This document shows, piece after piece, positions 39,414 through 51,344 of a stretch of 64,000 nt of DNA. Location: contig JBBDXF010000028.1 in the NCBI GenBank assembly GCA_040902485.1, forward strand, positions 33,270-97,269. Direction: 5' to 3'. The notes under the pieces are model-generated. The model saw nothing but the letters and a program-made list of their open reading frames with translations. It searched no databases and was not told where the DNA came from. A program made the position numbers and the translations under genes. The stretch comes from Myxococcota bacterium (lineage in GTDB: Bacteria > Myxococcota_A > UBA9160 > SZUA-336). How positions within the stretch are numbered: the stretch's first letter is position 1; every line of letters starts with the position of its first letter.

Positions 39414-39416
39414 CTT
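39388..39416 (+). promoter_or_regulatory. Sigma-70-type promoter of the rpsP operon
   Basis: TTGACT (39388-93), 17-nt spacer, TAGCTT (39411-16), 51 nt before rpsP. Confidence 0.75.
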
Positions 39417-39467
39417 CGGCCGTTCGCTCGTCCGGGCCGAGCCCGACAGCCCCCTCGGAGTACGTCC

Positions 39468-39728
39468 ATGGTCACAGTCCGCTTGTATCGCACCGGCGCC
39501 AAGAACAACCCGTCGTACCGCATCGTGGTGATGGACTCGCGCAAGAAGCGACAGGGTCGCGTGCTCGAGCAGCTCGGCACCTACGATCCGCAGGGCGACG
39601 GCTCGATCCAGATCCGCGAGGCGTCGCTCGCCAAGTGGATCGAGAACGGCGCCACCCTGTCCGACAGCGTCGCGTCGTTGGTCCGCCGCCAGAAGCGCGC
39701 CGCGGCCGCCGCGCCGAGCGCGGGCTAG
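39468..39728 (+). CDS. rpsP: 30S ribosomal protein S16
   Basis: MVTVRL.R.G, YRIVV.DSR, E.LGTYDP, W..NGA..SD.V. Confidence 0.97.
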   Translation: MVTVRLYRTGAKNNPSYRIVVMDSRKKRQGRVLEQLGTYDPQGDGSIQIREASLAKWIENGATLSDSVASLVRRQKRAAAAAPSAG

Positions 39729-39738
39729 GCGCACGGCC

Positions 39739-40002
39739 ATGACGGAGCTGGTCAAGTTCATCGCGCGCACGCTGGCCGAGGAGCCCGAAGAGGTCGAGGT
39801 CCACGCGGCCGAAGACCACGTGATCGAGCTGCGGCTGGCGCCGGACGACGTGGGTCGGATCATCGGCCGCCGCGGCAAGACCGCGAAGGCGATCCGCACC
39901 CTGCTCTCGGTCAGCGCCGAGGGTTGGGACCTCGACATCGCCGGTCACGGCGAGGACGACGAGGACGAAGAGGGCGAGCCCGACGGGGACGATCAGGATT
40001 GA
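39739..40002 (+). CDS. khpA: KH-domain RNA-binding protein (KhpA/YlqC) with acidic tail
   Basis: DVGRIIGRRGKTAKAIRTLL; conserved position after rpsP. Confidence 0.9.
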   Translation: MTELVKFIARTLAEEPEEVEVHAAEDHVIELRLAPDDVGRIIGRRGKTAKAIRTLLSVSAEGWDLDIAGHGEDDEDEEGEPDGDDQD

Positions 40003-40005
40003 ACC

Positions 40006-40596
40006 GTGGCAGCGAGCGGAAGAGCGCACGAGATCGCGGCGGCGCCCGGCGTCGCGGCGCAAGACTGGGTCGAGTTGGGCCGGGTGCTCCGGCCGCACGG
40101 CCTGGACGGCGGCCTGCTCGTCGCGCTGCATAGCGACGACCCCGCGAACCTTCTCGACGCCCCGACCATCGCGCTGCGCGCCGCCCCCGGGACGATCCCG
40201 TTCCAGGTCGAGAGCTCGGCCTCCGCGGGCGGCGGGCCCGGCGGCCGGCATCGCGTCCGCCTGCACCTGGCCGGCATCGACTCGCGCGAGCGCGCGGTCG
40301 TGTGGATGGACGCGGCCGTGCTCGTGCCGCCCGGCACCATCCAGGCCCTGCCCGAGGGCGAGTTCTACTGGCGCGACCTGATCGGGCTCGAGGCGCGCTC
40401 GGCCGACGGCGCGTCGCTCGGCCGCATCGAGGAGATCGTCGCCACCGGCGGCGCGGACGTGCTGGTGATCCGCAGCGAAGGACGCCGCGATCTGCTCCTG
40501 CCCGTGGTCACGGATTGGATCCTGCGGCTCGAGCGCGAGCAGGGCGAGCTCTGGCTCGACCCGCCCGCGGAGCTGCTCGCGGAGGCGCAGCGATGA
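40006..40596 (+). CDS. rimM: Ribosome maturation factor RimM
   Basis: GRVLRPHGLDG, LPEGEFYWRDLIG, TGGADVL. Confidence 0.93.
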   Translation: MAASGRAHEIAAAPGVAAQDWVELGRVLRPHGLDGGLLVALHSDDPANLLDAPTIALRAAPGTIPFQVESSASAGGGPGGRHRVRLHLAGIDSRERAVVWMDAAVLVPPGTIQALPEGEFYWRDLIGLEARSADGASLGRIEEIVATGGADVLVIRSEGRRDLLLPVVTDWILRLEREQGELWLDPPAELLAEAQR

Positions 40597-41291
40597 GCGC
40601 CGGACCGCGCATCGACATCGTCACCATCTTCCCGGACCTGGTCGAGCACTTCCTGTCGGGCTCGCTGCTCGGCCAGGCGCGCCGCGACGGCGTGCTCGAC
40701 GTGGGCGTCTCCGATCTGCGTAGCTGGGCGCAGGACCGCCACCACACGGTCGACGACGCGCCGTTCGGCGGCGGCGACGGCATGGTGCTGAAGTGCGAGC
40801 CGGTGGTGGCCGCGGTCGAGGCGATCGCCCGGCCCGGCGCGCGCGTGCTCGCGTTGTGCCCGCGCGGCCGCCGCTTCGACCAGGCGCTCGCGCGCGAGCT
40901 CGCATCCGCGTCGCAGATCGTGCTGCTGTGCGGCCGCTACGCCGGCTTCGACGAGCGAATCTTCGCGCTGACGGGTGCAGAGTCGATCTCGATCGGGGAC
41001 TATGTGCTCGCAGGGGGGGAGCTCGCGGCCTTGGTCGTCACGGAGGCGGTCACCCGGCTCGTGCCGGGCGTGCTCGGGAACCCGGTTTCGCCCGAGGCCG
41101 ACTCCTTCTCGGAGGGCCTGCTCGAACATCCGCTATACACGCGCCCGCGCGAATACCGCGGGCACGAAGCACCCGAGGTTCTGCTCTCGGGCAATCATGC
41201 AGAGATCGAGCGCTGGCGCGCGCAGGAAGCCGAGCGGCTGACGCGCGCGCGGCGGCCCGATCTCCTCGAATCCAAGGGAGCGAAGCGATGA
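40593..41291 (+). CDS. trmD: tRNA (guanine37-N1)-methyltransferase
   Basis: [37 protein letters not shown]. Confidence 0.96.
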   Translation: MSAGPRIDIVTIFPDLVEHFLSGSLLGQARRDGVLDVGVSDLRSWAQDRHHTVDDAPFGGGDGMVLKCEPVVAAVEAIARPGARVLALCPRGRRFDQALARELASASQIVLLCGRYAGFDERIFALTGAESISIGDYVLAGGELAALVVTEAVTRLVPGVLGNPVSPEADSFSEGLLEHPLYTRPREYRGHEAPEVLLSGNHAEIERWRAQEAERLTRARRPDLLESKGAKR

Positions 41292-41692
41292 GACAGATCT
41301 CCGAGATCGGGCCGACCGAGACCAAGGACCACCCCGAATTCCGCTCGGGCGACACGGTGCGCGTGCACGTGCGGATCAAGGAAGGCGACAAGGAGCGCGT
41401 GCAGGTGTTCGAGGGCGTGGTGCTGCAGCGCCGGCGCGGCGGCGCCTCGGCGAGCTTCACGGTGCGCAAGGTCTCCTACGGCGTGGGCGTCGAGCGCATC
41501 TTCCCGCTGCATTCGCCGACGATCGCGAAGATCGAGGTCAAGGCGCGCGGGCGCCTGCGCCGCTCGCGCCTCACCTACCTGCGCGAGCTGTCGGGCAAGG
41601 CCGCGCGCATCCGCGAGCGCGACACGTTTGCCGCCCCCGCCGGCGAAGCGGCGACTCCGGCTGACAAGGAAGGGACGACTCCGGACGCATGA
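41288..41692 (+). CDS. rplS: 50S ribosomal protein L19
   Basis: [36 protein letters not shown]. Confidence 0.97.
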   Translation: MRQISEIGPTETKDHPEFRSGDTVRVHVRIKEGDKERVQVFEGVVLQRRRGGASASFTVRKVSYGVGVERIFPLHSPTIAKIEVKARGRLRRSRLTYLRELSGKAARIRERDTFAAPAGEAATPADKEGTTPDA

Positions 41693-43614
41693 GGATCCAC
41701 GGGATCCAGCTCCGCGGGCTGACCGCACCGACGGGCGACCACCAGCTCGCTCTCGATCCCGGCTACACCGTCGTGCGTTGCGCGGAGCCCGCGACCGCGC
41801 GCAGCGTGCTCCAGCTCGTGCGCGCGCTCCTGCACCCCGAGAGCGCGCGCGCCACCGCCGGTGATTCGCGAGGCCGTGCGCTGCTGACCCTGGCGCTGCG
41901 CGCCGACGGGTGCCTGGTCGCCGCCGACTTCGCGCGCGGCCGGGTCTCGCTCGGTCGGCTCGACGCCAAGGGCGGCGGCAACAAGGCGCTGTCGAGCGAC
42001 GCGCACGAGATCGAGGAGTATCTGCTGGCCATCGGCCTGCCCGCCGCCAACGAGTTCGAGCGCCTGCACGTGTTCGGCGCCAAGCCCGCGCACGGCGCGC
42101 GCGCGAGCGCGCAGCCGATCGCGCCGGTGAGTCCGCCGCGGCCGCGCAGCGCGCCGGTCGCGCGGAATCCCCAGGACGAGACGGCGCGCGTGCAAGCCGA
42201 GCGCGCGAAGCTCGTGGCGGAGCACGAGGCGCGTTCGCGCGCGCTCGGCGCGGAGCACGAGCGGCTGACGCGCGAGCTCGAGACCGCGCTCGCGCTCGCG
42301 GCGAGCCAGCGCGAGCGCGATCAGGCGAGGATCGCGGAGCTGCGCTCGCTCGACGCCGAGCACGCGCGCCTCGAGCAGGAGCACAAGACCACGCAGGCCG
42401 AGCTCGAGAAGAACACCGCGCTCGCGGAGACGGTCGAGGACTTCGACACGCGGCTCGCGGTCTTCCGCACGCTCGCCGCGGAGCACGACGAAGAGCGTGC
42501 CATCGTCGAGGACAAGCGCCTCGACCTGCTGGCCGACCGCGCGCGCCTGCGCGAAGTGCCGCGACGCCAGCGTGTGCCGATCCTGCTCGGGCTCGCGCTC
42601 GGCGCGGCCGGCGCGGCGGTGGGGGCGGTGGGCTATCCCGCAGGCTACGGACTCGCGGCCGTCGGTGTCCTGGCGCTGCTCGCGGCGCTGTTGGCCACGC
42701 GCATCGCGCGCGCGAAGCTCACGCGCATCGAGACGCTGCTCGCGGTGCTGCGCGTGCGCGAGCGCACCGCGGAGCGCCGCTTCGCGAGCGAGGGGGCGCA
42801 GGTGCGCGGGCTCATGCTGGCGCTCGGCGTCGACTCGCTCGACGCGCTGAAGGTCGCCGCGCAAGGCTTCGCGGAGCTGGTCGACAAGGCGGCCGCGCAG
42901 AAGCGACACCTGGCCGAGCTCGCCGAGCGCCATCCCCCGGAGGCTCGCGCGGAGCTCCGTCTGCTCGAGCAAGCGGGCGGCGACGTCGAGGCGAATCCGG
43001 CGGTTCGCGCCGCGCGCGATGCGCTGCTCGCCTGTCCGACCGCGGTGGTGATGCCCGAGCTCCCCGCCGTCGTCTCGAGCGTTCCCGCTCCGGCCGAGCA
43101 GTTCCTGCAGACCGACGCGGACACCGCCGTGGATCTGCTCGAGAAGCCCGAAGAGGAGCCCGAGCCCGCGGCCGTCGAGCTCGGCCCGGAGCTGCTCGTC
43201 GAAGCCACGGGGCGCGTGCTCGGACGCAGCGAGGCCGAGGTTCGCGCGCGCCTCGCCCCGGTGCTGCCCGTGTACCTGCGCGCGCTCTCGACCGGCATCT
43301 TCACCAACGCGCGCGCCGACAGCGGCGGCTGGCTGCTGCGCGGCGCGGCGCGCGAGGAGCAGCCGTTCGCGGAGCTTCCGGACCGCGAGCGCGAGCTGGT
43401 GCGGCTGGCGGTGCAGCTCGCGCTGCTCGAGGCGCTGGCTGGCGATCGCCGTGTCCCGCTGCTGGTCGGTCCGGACCTGCCCGCGCGCGGCGAGGCCGAG
43501 CAGCGCGCCCTCGCGCGCGCGTTCAAGCGCCTCGCCTCGGTCGTGCAGGTGGTGCAGTTCGCGACCGCCTCCGCACCCTGGGCGGAGCACGCCGGAAAGA
43601 GCTTCGAGCTCTAG
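41689..43614 (+). CDS. SMC/SbcC/YhaN-like coiled-coil protein with degenerate ATPase motifs and a transmembrane hairpin
   Basis: ABC-head-like N- and C-termini, long heptad-rich regions, central hydrophobic hairpin. ATG overlaps the rplS stop. Confidence 0.7.
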   Translation: MRIHGIQLRGLTAPTGDHQLALDPGYTVVRCAEPATARSVLQLVRALLHPESARATAGDSRGRALLTLALRADGCLVAADFARGRVSLGRLDAKGGGNKALSSDAHEIEEYLLAIGLPAANEFERLHVFGAKPAHGARASAQPIAPVSPPRPRSAPVARNPQDETARVQAERAKLVAEHEARSRALGAEHERLTRELETALALAASQRERDQARIAELRSLDAEHARLEQEHKTTQAELEKNTALAETVEDFDTRLAVFRTLAAEHDEERAIVEDKRLDLLADRARLREVPRRQRVPILLGLALGAAGAAVGAVGYPAGYGLAAVGVLALLAALLATRIARAKLTRIETLLAVLRVRERTAERRFASEGAQVRGLMLALGVDSLDALKVAAQGFAELVDKAAAQKRHLAELAERHPPEARAELRLLEQAGGDVEANPAVRAARDALLACPTAVVMPELPAVVSSVPAPAEQFLQTDADTAVDLLEKPEEEPEPAAVELGPELLVEATGRVLGRSEAEVRARLAPVLPVYLRALSTGIFTNARADSGGWLLRGAAREEQPFAELPDRERELVRLAVQLALLEALAGDRRVPLLVGPDLPARGEAEQRALARAFKRLASVVQVVQFATASAPWAEHAGKSFEL

Positions 43615-44027
43615 TCTCGGTCGGCGGTGAAGGCGTCGCGGATGTGGCTGAGGCGCGGTGGATGGGTCGCCGCGTCGATCGCCACCACGTCGAAGCGCAC
43701 GCGCGAGAAGCGCGGCAGGCCGCCGCGCGCGAGCAGCTCCGCTGCCGCGCGCACGATGCGCCGCTGCTTGCGTGCGTCGACGGACTCGGCCGCCGAGCCG
43801 AAGCCCGCGCCGGCGCGCAGCCGCACCTCGACGATCACCAGCGCCGCGCCGTCGAGCGCGACCAGGTCGAGCTCGGCGAAGCGCAGGTGTACGTTGCGCG
43901 CGACGATGCGCAGACCCTGCTGCTCGAGGTGGCGCGCGGCGAGCGCCTCGCCGGCTGCGCCGCGCGCGCGCGTGTGCGCGCGGCCGCTTCCCGGAGGACG
44001 ATCGGAGCCCGGAGGACGATCGGACAT
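43611..44027 (-). CDS. yraN: YraN (UPF0102) family protein
   Basis: G..GE..A..HL..QG..IVARN, ELDLV, VEVR, RFDVV, HIRDAF. Confidence 0.9.
   Translation of the reverse strand: MSDRPPGSDRPPGSGRAHTRARGAAGEALAARHLEQQGLRIVARNVHLRFAELDLVALDGAALVIVEVRLRAGAGFGSAAESVDARKQRRIVRAAAELLARGGLPRFSRVRFDVVAIDAATHPPRLSHIRDAFTADRD
43990..44024. repeat. 18-bp-period tandem duplication at the yraN 5' end
   Basis: CCCGGAGGACGATCGGA at 43990-44006 and 44008-44024, encoding SDRPPG twice. Confidence 0.85.
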
Positions 44028-44057
44028 GGGCATGCCTCGTCTTCGGGGTGAGGCGAC

Positions 44058-44903
44058 GTGACCGTACCCGACGCGCGCGCGACGGTCTACGTGGTCGCCA
44101 CGCCGATCGGCAATCTGGAAGATCTCTCGCCGCGCGCGCAGCGCGTGCTGCGCGAGGTGGCCGTGATCGCGTGCGAGGACACCCGGCACACGGCGCTGCT
44201 CTGCCAGCGCTACGAGATCGCCACGCCGCGCGTCTCGCTGCACGCGCACAACGAGGCGCGGCGTGTGCAGGAGCTGCTGGAACGACTCGCGCGCGGCGAG
44301 TCGCTCGCGCTGGTCTCCGACGCGGGCACTCCGCTCGTCTCCGACCCGGGCGAGCGGCTGGTGCGCGCCGCGCTCGAGGCGGGCCACCCCGTGGTGCCGG
44401 TGCCGGGTCCGTCCGCGCTGCTCGCGGCGCTGGTCGCAAGCGGCTTCGCGACCAGCCCGTTCGCATTCGCCGGCTTCCTGCCGCGCAAGGGCGCCGAACG
44501 CGCGCGCACGTTGGCGGCGCTCGCGGCGTTCCCGGGCACGCTCGTCCTGTTCGAAGCGCCGAACCGCGCCGCGGCCACGCTTCGCGATCTGCACGCCGCG
44601 TTCGGACCGCGTCGCGCGGCGCTCGCGCGCGAGCTCACCAAGCGTCACGAAACGGTGTTGCGCGGACGGCTCGGTGAGCTCGCGCTCGATGAGCTGCGCG
44701 GCGAGCTCACGATCGTCGTGGAAGGCGCCGCGCAGCGCGGCTCGCCGGAGCCCACCGCTGCCGAAATCGACGAGGCGGTGGATCGCCTGCTCCGATCCGG
44801 TCTCTCCCCCCGCGACGCCGCGCGCAGCCTGGCCGCCGAGCTCGGGCTCGCCAAGCGCGACGCCTACACGCGCGTGCTCGCCCGCGTGTCGCCCGGCGGC
44901 TGA
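44058..44903 (+). CDS. rsmI: 16S rRNA C1402 2'-O-methyltransferase
   Basis: VATPIGNLED, CEDTR, SDAGTP.VSDPG, ARELTK.HE. Confidence 0.96.
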   Translation: MTVPDARATVYVVATPIGNLEDLSPRAQRVLREVAVIACEDTRHTALLCQRYEIATPRVSLHAHNEARRVQELLERLARGESLALVSDAGTPLVSDPGERLVRAALEAGHPVVPVPGPSALLAALVASGFATSPFAFAGFLPRKGAERARTLAALAAFPGTLVLFEAPNRAAATLRDLHAAFGPRRAALARELTKRHETVLRGRLGELALDELRGELTIVVEGAAQRGSPEPTAAEIDEAVDRLLRSGLSPRDAARSLAAELGLAKRDAYTRVLARVSPGG

Positions 44904-44910
44904 GCCGCTC

Positions 44911-46947
<2,037 letters not shown>

Positions 46948-47071
46948 TCATCGCAAAGCCACGGCAACGCGCGCCAGCGACGTCGACTCGCGCCTGCAAG
47001 CCGGCGTGCAGAGAGTAGAAAAGGTTCACTCTTGGGTAAGCTGGTCGCCCAGAATGCCGAAGAGGAGGCAG

Positions 47072-48184
47072 ATGAAGCTCGACTCTCCGCTGACCTCTTC
47101 GGACGAAACGCCGGCGCTGCTGGAGGCTCTCGACCACGGCCTGGTTCGGGTGGCGGGCGACCGGGTCGTGGCCGCGAATGGTGCTTTCGGTCGCATGGCC
47201 GGGCTGCCAGTGGACGAGCTGGCCGGGCGCATGCTCGCCGAGCTGTTCGTCGATCCGGGCGACCGGGCGCTCACTGTGATCGAGGCGGGGGACGGCTACC
47301 AGCTCCGCGACCTGCAAGGCCGCTTGCGTCCGGTGTCGCTGCGCCGTGTTTCCGACACGCTCTGGCTGGTGCTGGACCGCGAGCGCGAGAGCCGGCTCGA
47401 GCGCGAGGTCTGGCGGCTGGCAAGCGATCTCGGCGACGAGCGCGAGCGTTCTCAGCAGGCGCGCGCGCGCTCCGCGCTCGATGACCAGCCGCTGCGCGGC
47501 GAGCAGATCGGCATGATCGAGCACGAGATCCGCACCGCCGTGACGGCCGTGCGCGGGTACCTGCGCTGGCTCGGCGGCGAGCGCGATCGGCTGCTCGACC
47601 CGGAGCACTGGAGCTTCGTGCGCGAGGCGCGCCGCGCGATCGAGCGCGTGGCTCCGCTGCTCGACAACCTGCTCGAGCTGGCGCGCGCGGGCGAGGCCCT
47701 GCCCAGCACCCGCAAGCCGCTGCGCCTGCACGACGTGCTCGGGCTCGCGCTGCGCACCGCGCGGCCGCTGCTGGCCGACCGCGGCGTCGCGGTCGAGTGC
47801 GAGCTGGACGCGCGGCCCGACGGGCTGTGCGGTGATCCGGATCGGCTCGAGCAGGTGTTCGTGAATCTGCTCGCCAACGCCGCGTCGCACTCGCCCGAAG
47901 GGGGCCGGGTGCTCGTCTCGACCGACCTCGCGGAGCTCGAGGACGGCACCGTCGTACAAATCGCGGTGGCCGATCAGGGCCCGGGTGTGGAGCTCGCCGA
48001 CATCGAGCGGATCTTCCGGCCGTTCGTCCAGGGCCACGGCTCGATCGGCATCGCCTCCGGTGGAGTCGGGCTCGGGCTCGCGATCTGCCGGCGCATCGTT
48101 TCCGACCACGGCGGCCACATCGAGGCCGTGCCCGACGTCGGCCATGGACTGTTCCGCGTAACGCTCCCGAGCGAGAGGGATTGA
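47072..48184 (+). CDS. Cytoplasmic sensor histidine kinase (PAS-like N-terminus)
   Basis: HEIRT H-box, QVFVNLL.NA, DQGPG, IFRPF, GLGLAI. No transmembrane segment. GAGGAGG RBS. Confidence 0.9.
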   Translation: MKLDSPLTSSDETPALLEALDHGLVRVAGDRVVAANGAFGRMAGLPVDELAGRMLAELFVDPGDRALTVIEAGDGYQLRDLQGRLRPVSLRRVSDTLWLVLDRERESRLEREVWRLASDLGDERERSQQARARSALDDQPLRGEQIGMIEHEIRTAVTAVRGYLRWLGGERDRLLDPEHWSFVREARRAIERVAPLLDNLLELARAGEALPSTRKPLRLHDVLGLALRTARPLLADRGVAVECELDARPDGLCGDPDRLEQVFVNLLANAASHSPEGGRVLVSTDLAELEDGTVVQIAVADQGPGVELADIERIFRPFVQGHGSIGIASGGVGLGLAICRRIVSDHGGHIEAVPDVGHGLFRVTLPSERD

Positions 48185-48188
48185 ACCG

Positions 48189-49640
48189 ATGACTCGACCC
48201 GGAACACCGCGCACCGTGCCGCAGCGCAAGCAGATCCTCGTCGTCGACGACGCCGAGGTGATCCGCACCTACCTGCGGAACCTGCTGCCCATGAAGGGCT
48301 ACGACGTGCTGGTCGCCGAGGACGGCCTGAAGGCCATGGCGCTGCTCAACGGCGGCGCGCGCCCGGACGTGGTCGTGCTCGACGTGATGATGCCCGGTAT
48401 CGACGGCATCGAGACGCTGCGCAAGATCAAGCAGCTGATCCCCGAGGTGCCGGTGATCATGCTCTCGGTCGTCGGCAAGGCGGGCACCGTCGTCGACGCG
48501 ATGAACCTCGGCGCGGCCGACTACATCAACAAGCCGTTCGAGGAGGAAGAGCTCGAGATCGCGCTCAAGAAGGTGCTCGAGGTCGAGACGCTCAAGGGCG
48601 AGCGCGAGGACCTGCGCGACCGGCTGCGCGCGCACGAGGCGCGCGAGCGCACGAGCTTCCTGTGGGCGTCCGACAAGATGACGCGCATCCGCGACATCCT
48701 CGAGCAGGTCTCCGACGCCGACGTCACGATCCTGATCCACGGCGAGAGCGGCGTCGGCAAGGAAGTCGTCGCGCGCACCACCCACGAGTTCTCCACCCGG
48801 CGCGAGCAGCGCTTCGTCAAGGTGAACTGCGCGGCGCTGCCCGAGGAGCTGCTGGAGAGCGAGCTGTTCGGCTACGAGCGCGGCGCGTTCACGGGCGCGT
48901 CGTCGCGCAAGGCCGGCAAGTTCGAGGTCGCGAGCGGCGGCACGATGTTCCTGGACGAGATCGCGGAGATGAGCCCCAAGCTCCAGGCCAAGCTCCTGCA
49001 GGTGCTGCAGGACGGCGAGTTCTCGCGGCTGGGCGGCGATGTGGACGTGCACGTGGACGTGCGAGTCCTGGCGGCCACCAACCGCAACCTCGAGGACATG
49101 GTGCGGCAGGGCACCTTCCGCGAGGACCTGTACTACCGGCTGAACGTCGTGAACGTGTGCGTGCCGCCGCTGCGCGAGCGCAAGGAGGAGATCCCCGTCC
49201 TGGTGGAGCACTTCCTGGCGATGTACAGCGCCAAGTACGGCCGCCAGCAGCAGGCGATTTCCGACCGGCTGATGCGCGGGTTCCTCGCCTACCGCTGGCC
49301 GGGCAACGTCCGCGAGCTCGAGAACATGATCAAGCGCATCGTCGTCCTACAGAGCGAGGATGCGATCGCAGACGAGATCTTCGGTGCGCCGACGGCCGCC
49401 AGCGCGGCGCTCCCCGCGGGCGCGCCCGAGGTGGCCGCGTCGGCCGGCAGCGAGGCCGGCGACTCCGGGCCGGTGTCGCTGCGCGACATCGGCCGGCGGG
49501 CCGCCCGCGACGCCGAACGCGAGGCCCTCAAACGGGTGCTCTACCAGACCAACTGGAACCGCAAGAAGGCGGCCAGGATCCTGGAGGTCTCGTACAAGAC
49601 ACTCCTCCAGAAAATCAAAGAGTGCGGGCTGGGCGAATAG
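48189..49640 (+). CDS. Sigma-54-dependent response regulator (NtrC family)
   Basis: Receiver LDVMMPG, GESGVGK, GAFTGA, FLDE, C-terminal Fis-type HTH. Confidence 0.96.
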   Translation: MTRPGTPRTVPQRKQILVVDDAEVIRTYLRNLLPMKGYDVLVAEDGLKAMALLNGGARPDVVVLDVMMPGIDGIETLRKIKQLIPEVPVIMLSVVGKAGTVVDAMNLGAADYINKPFEEEELEIALKKVLEVETLKGEREDLRDRLRAHEARERTSFLWASDKMTRIRDILEQVSDADVTILIHGESGVGKEVVARTTHEFSTRREQRFVKVNCAALPEELLESELFGYERGAFTGASSRKAGKFEVASGGTMFLDEIAEMSPKLQAKLLQVLQDGEFSRLGGDVDVHVDVRVLAATNRNLEDMVRQGTFREDLYYRLNVVNVCVPPLRERKEEIPVLVEHFLAMYSAKYGRQQQAISDRLMRGFLAYRWPGNVRELENMIKRIVVLQSEDAIADEIFGAPTAASAALPAGAPEVAASAGSEAGDSGPVSLRDIGRRAARDAEREALKRVLYQTNWNRKKAARILEVSYKTLLQKIKECGLGE

Positions 49641-49752
49641 CTTCTTCACCGCATCTCCGCTCGCCCAGTCCCGTGCGCTTCCCGTAATATGTAGGCATCT
49701 TCCCACCGCCCCCCCGAGCCGGGTGTGCCGGGCGCACCGGACTTCCGGGCTC

Positions 49753-49770
49753 TTGGCACGCTTGTGGCAT
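49753..49770 (+). promoter_or_regulatory. Sigma-54 (-24/-12) promoter of the EPS operon
   Basis: TTGGCACGCTTGTGGCAT: GG-N10-GC with TGGCACG, about 100 nt before the co-polymerase gene. Confidence 0.8.
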
Positions 49771-49868
49771 GATGCCCGCCCCAGCGATCCCCGGTGCATT
49801 CCGGGGGGGCCGCCAGGTGTCTCGACCCATGCGAGCGCGACAAGCGCTTGGTTGAGAGAGGATTCGTG

Positions 49869-51344
49869 ATGGCTGCTAGGGATGTACGCAACGAAGCGGG
49901 GATGAGTCTCGGCGACATCTACGGGGTGCTGCGCCGCCGACGCGCGTGGTTCCTCGTCCCCACCGTCCTGGGTGTGGTCGCCTCGCTCGTGCTCGCCCTG
50001 ACGTTGCCCGCGGAGTACGAAGCGGCCGCGACGGTCACCGTCGAGCCGCCCGTGATTCCGGACAAGCTGGCGCCCAATACGATCGCATCCGACACCGAAA
50101 CCCGCTACGAGAACCTGAAGCTCCAGCTGCTCGCGCGCGACAGCCTGTCGAGCATCATCACCGACTTCAATCTGTTCGAGGGCGCGACCACCGCGCGCGA
50201 GGTCCAGGTCGAGGAGCTGCGCCAGCGCATCTCGATCGCGCCGCTGCCGCCCGCGATCGTCGATCCGCGCAAGCCCATCGAGCTGAACTCGTTCCGCGTT
50301 TCGTTTCGCTGGTCGAGCCCGAAGATCGCCGCCGAGGTCTCCAACCGCCTGGCGCGCGACTTCATCTCGGCCAACCTGCGCGACCGCACGAGCCTGGCCG
50401 ACGGCACCATGGAGTTCTTCGACCAGCAGCTCCAGAAGGCGCGCTCGAGCCTGTCGGACGTCGCGCGCCAGATCACGGACTACAAGGAGAACTTCCAGGG
50501 CGAGCTGCCCGAGCAGCTCCTGCTCAACCGCGATCGCCTGGAGCGCAACCGCATCGACCTGGCCAGCACCGAGAACAAGCTCGAGACCGCGCGCGACCAG
50601 GAACGGCTGCTCACGCAGTCGATCCAGGAAATCCGGATCGCGAGCACGTCCGACGAGAGCGATCCCAGCAGGCGCAAGAAGGGCCTGGCGATGCAGCTCA
50701 ACCAGCTGGTCGCCCAGGGCAAGACCGACAAGCACCCGGACGTGATCCACACGCGCGCCGAGATTTCACAGCTCGAAGACCTGCTGGCCGAGACCGCCGA
50801 CCAGCCCGCGGCCGCCACCCGCGAAGAGCTCGAGCTGCGCAACAAGCTGCGCGACTACGAGGTCGAGGCCAAGGTGCTCGCCGGCGAGGTGGAGCGGCTC
50901 AAGGCCGACATCGCCGAGTACGAGCAGCGGATCGAGAACACGCCGCGGCGCGCCGCGGAGCTCGACCACCTCGAGGAGCAGTACAAGAACATCAACGAGT
51001 CGATCCGCATCCTGCAGCTCAAGCAGGTCGACGCGGAGATCGGCAAGACGATCGAGACCAACAACAAGGGCGAGCGTTTCCGGGTGGTGGAGTCGGCGGA
51101 GATCCCGACCTCGCCGATCAGCCCGAACCGCCCCGTCTGGTTCACCGCGGGCACGCTGCTCGGCATGATGCTCGGCCTGGGCCTCCTGGTGCTACGCGAG
51201 ATGAGCGACCGCAGCTTCCACAGCGTGGTGGACCTGCAGAACTCGCTCGGGCTGCCGGTGCTCGCGGCCGTGCCCGAGACCGGCCTCGCCGCGCGCCCGG
51301 CCGGTCGCTTCCGGCTGCCGCGCCTCGGAGCCGCGCGTGTATAA
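49869..51344 (+). CDS. Polysaccharide co-polymerase / chain-length determinant (GumC/Wzc N-terminal type)
   Basis: Two transmembrane segments flanking a coiled coil; TDKHPDV; P.SPISPNR. Confidence 0.9.
   Translation: MAARDVRNEAGMSLGDIYGVLRRRRAWFLVPTVLGVVASLVLALTLPAEYEAAATVTVEPPVIPDKLAPNTIASDTETRYENLKLQLLARDSLSSIITDFNLFEGATTAREVQVEELRQRISIAPLPPAIVDPRKPIELNSFRVSFRWSSPKIAAEVSNRLARDFISANLRDRTSLADGTMEFFDQQLQKARSSLSDVARQITDYKENFQGELPEQLLLNRDRLERNRIDLASTENKLETARDQERLLTQSIQEIRIASTSDESDPSRRKKGLAMQLNQLVAQGKTDKHPDVIHTRAEISQLEDLLAETADQPAAATREELELRNKLRDYEVEAKVLAGEVERLKADIAEYEQRIENTPRRAAELDHLEEQYKNINESIRILQLKQVDAEIGKTIETNNKGERFRVVESAEIPTSPISPNRPVWFTAGTLLGMMLGLGLLVLREMSDRSFHSVVDLQNSLGLPVLAAVPETGLAARPAGRFRLPRLGAARV

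Noticed and set aside
43990-44024. Tandem repeat as a regulatory or contingency locus
   Set aside because: Only two in-frame copies in a disordered N-terminus; probably neutral.
41689-44027. SMC-like + YraN nuclease-fold pair as a Wadjet/Lamassu-type defence system
   Set aside because: The ATPase motifs are degenerate, yraN is a convergent housekeeping neighbour, and no kleisin, effector or defence-island context is present.
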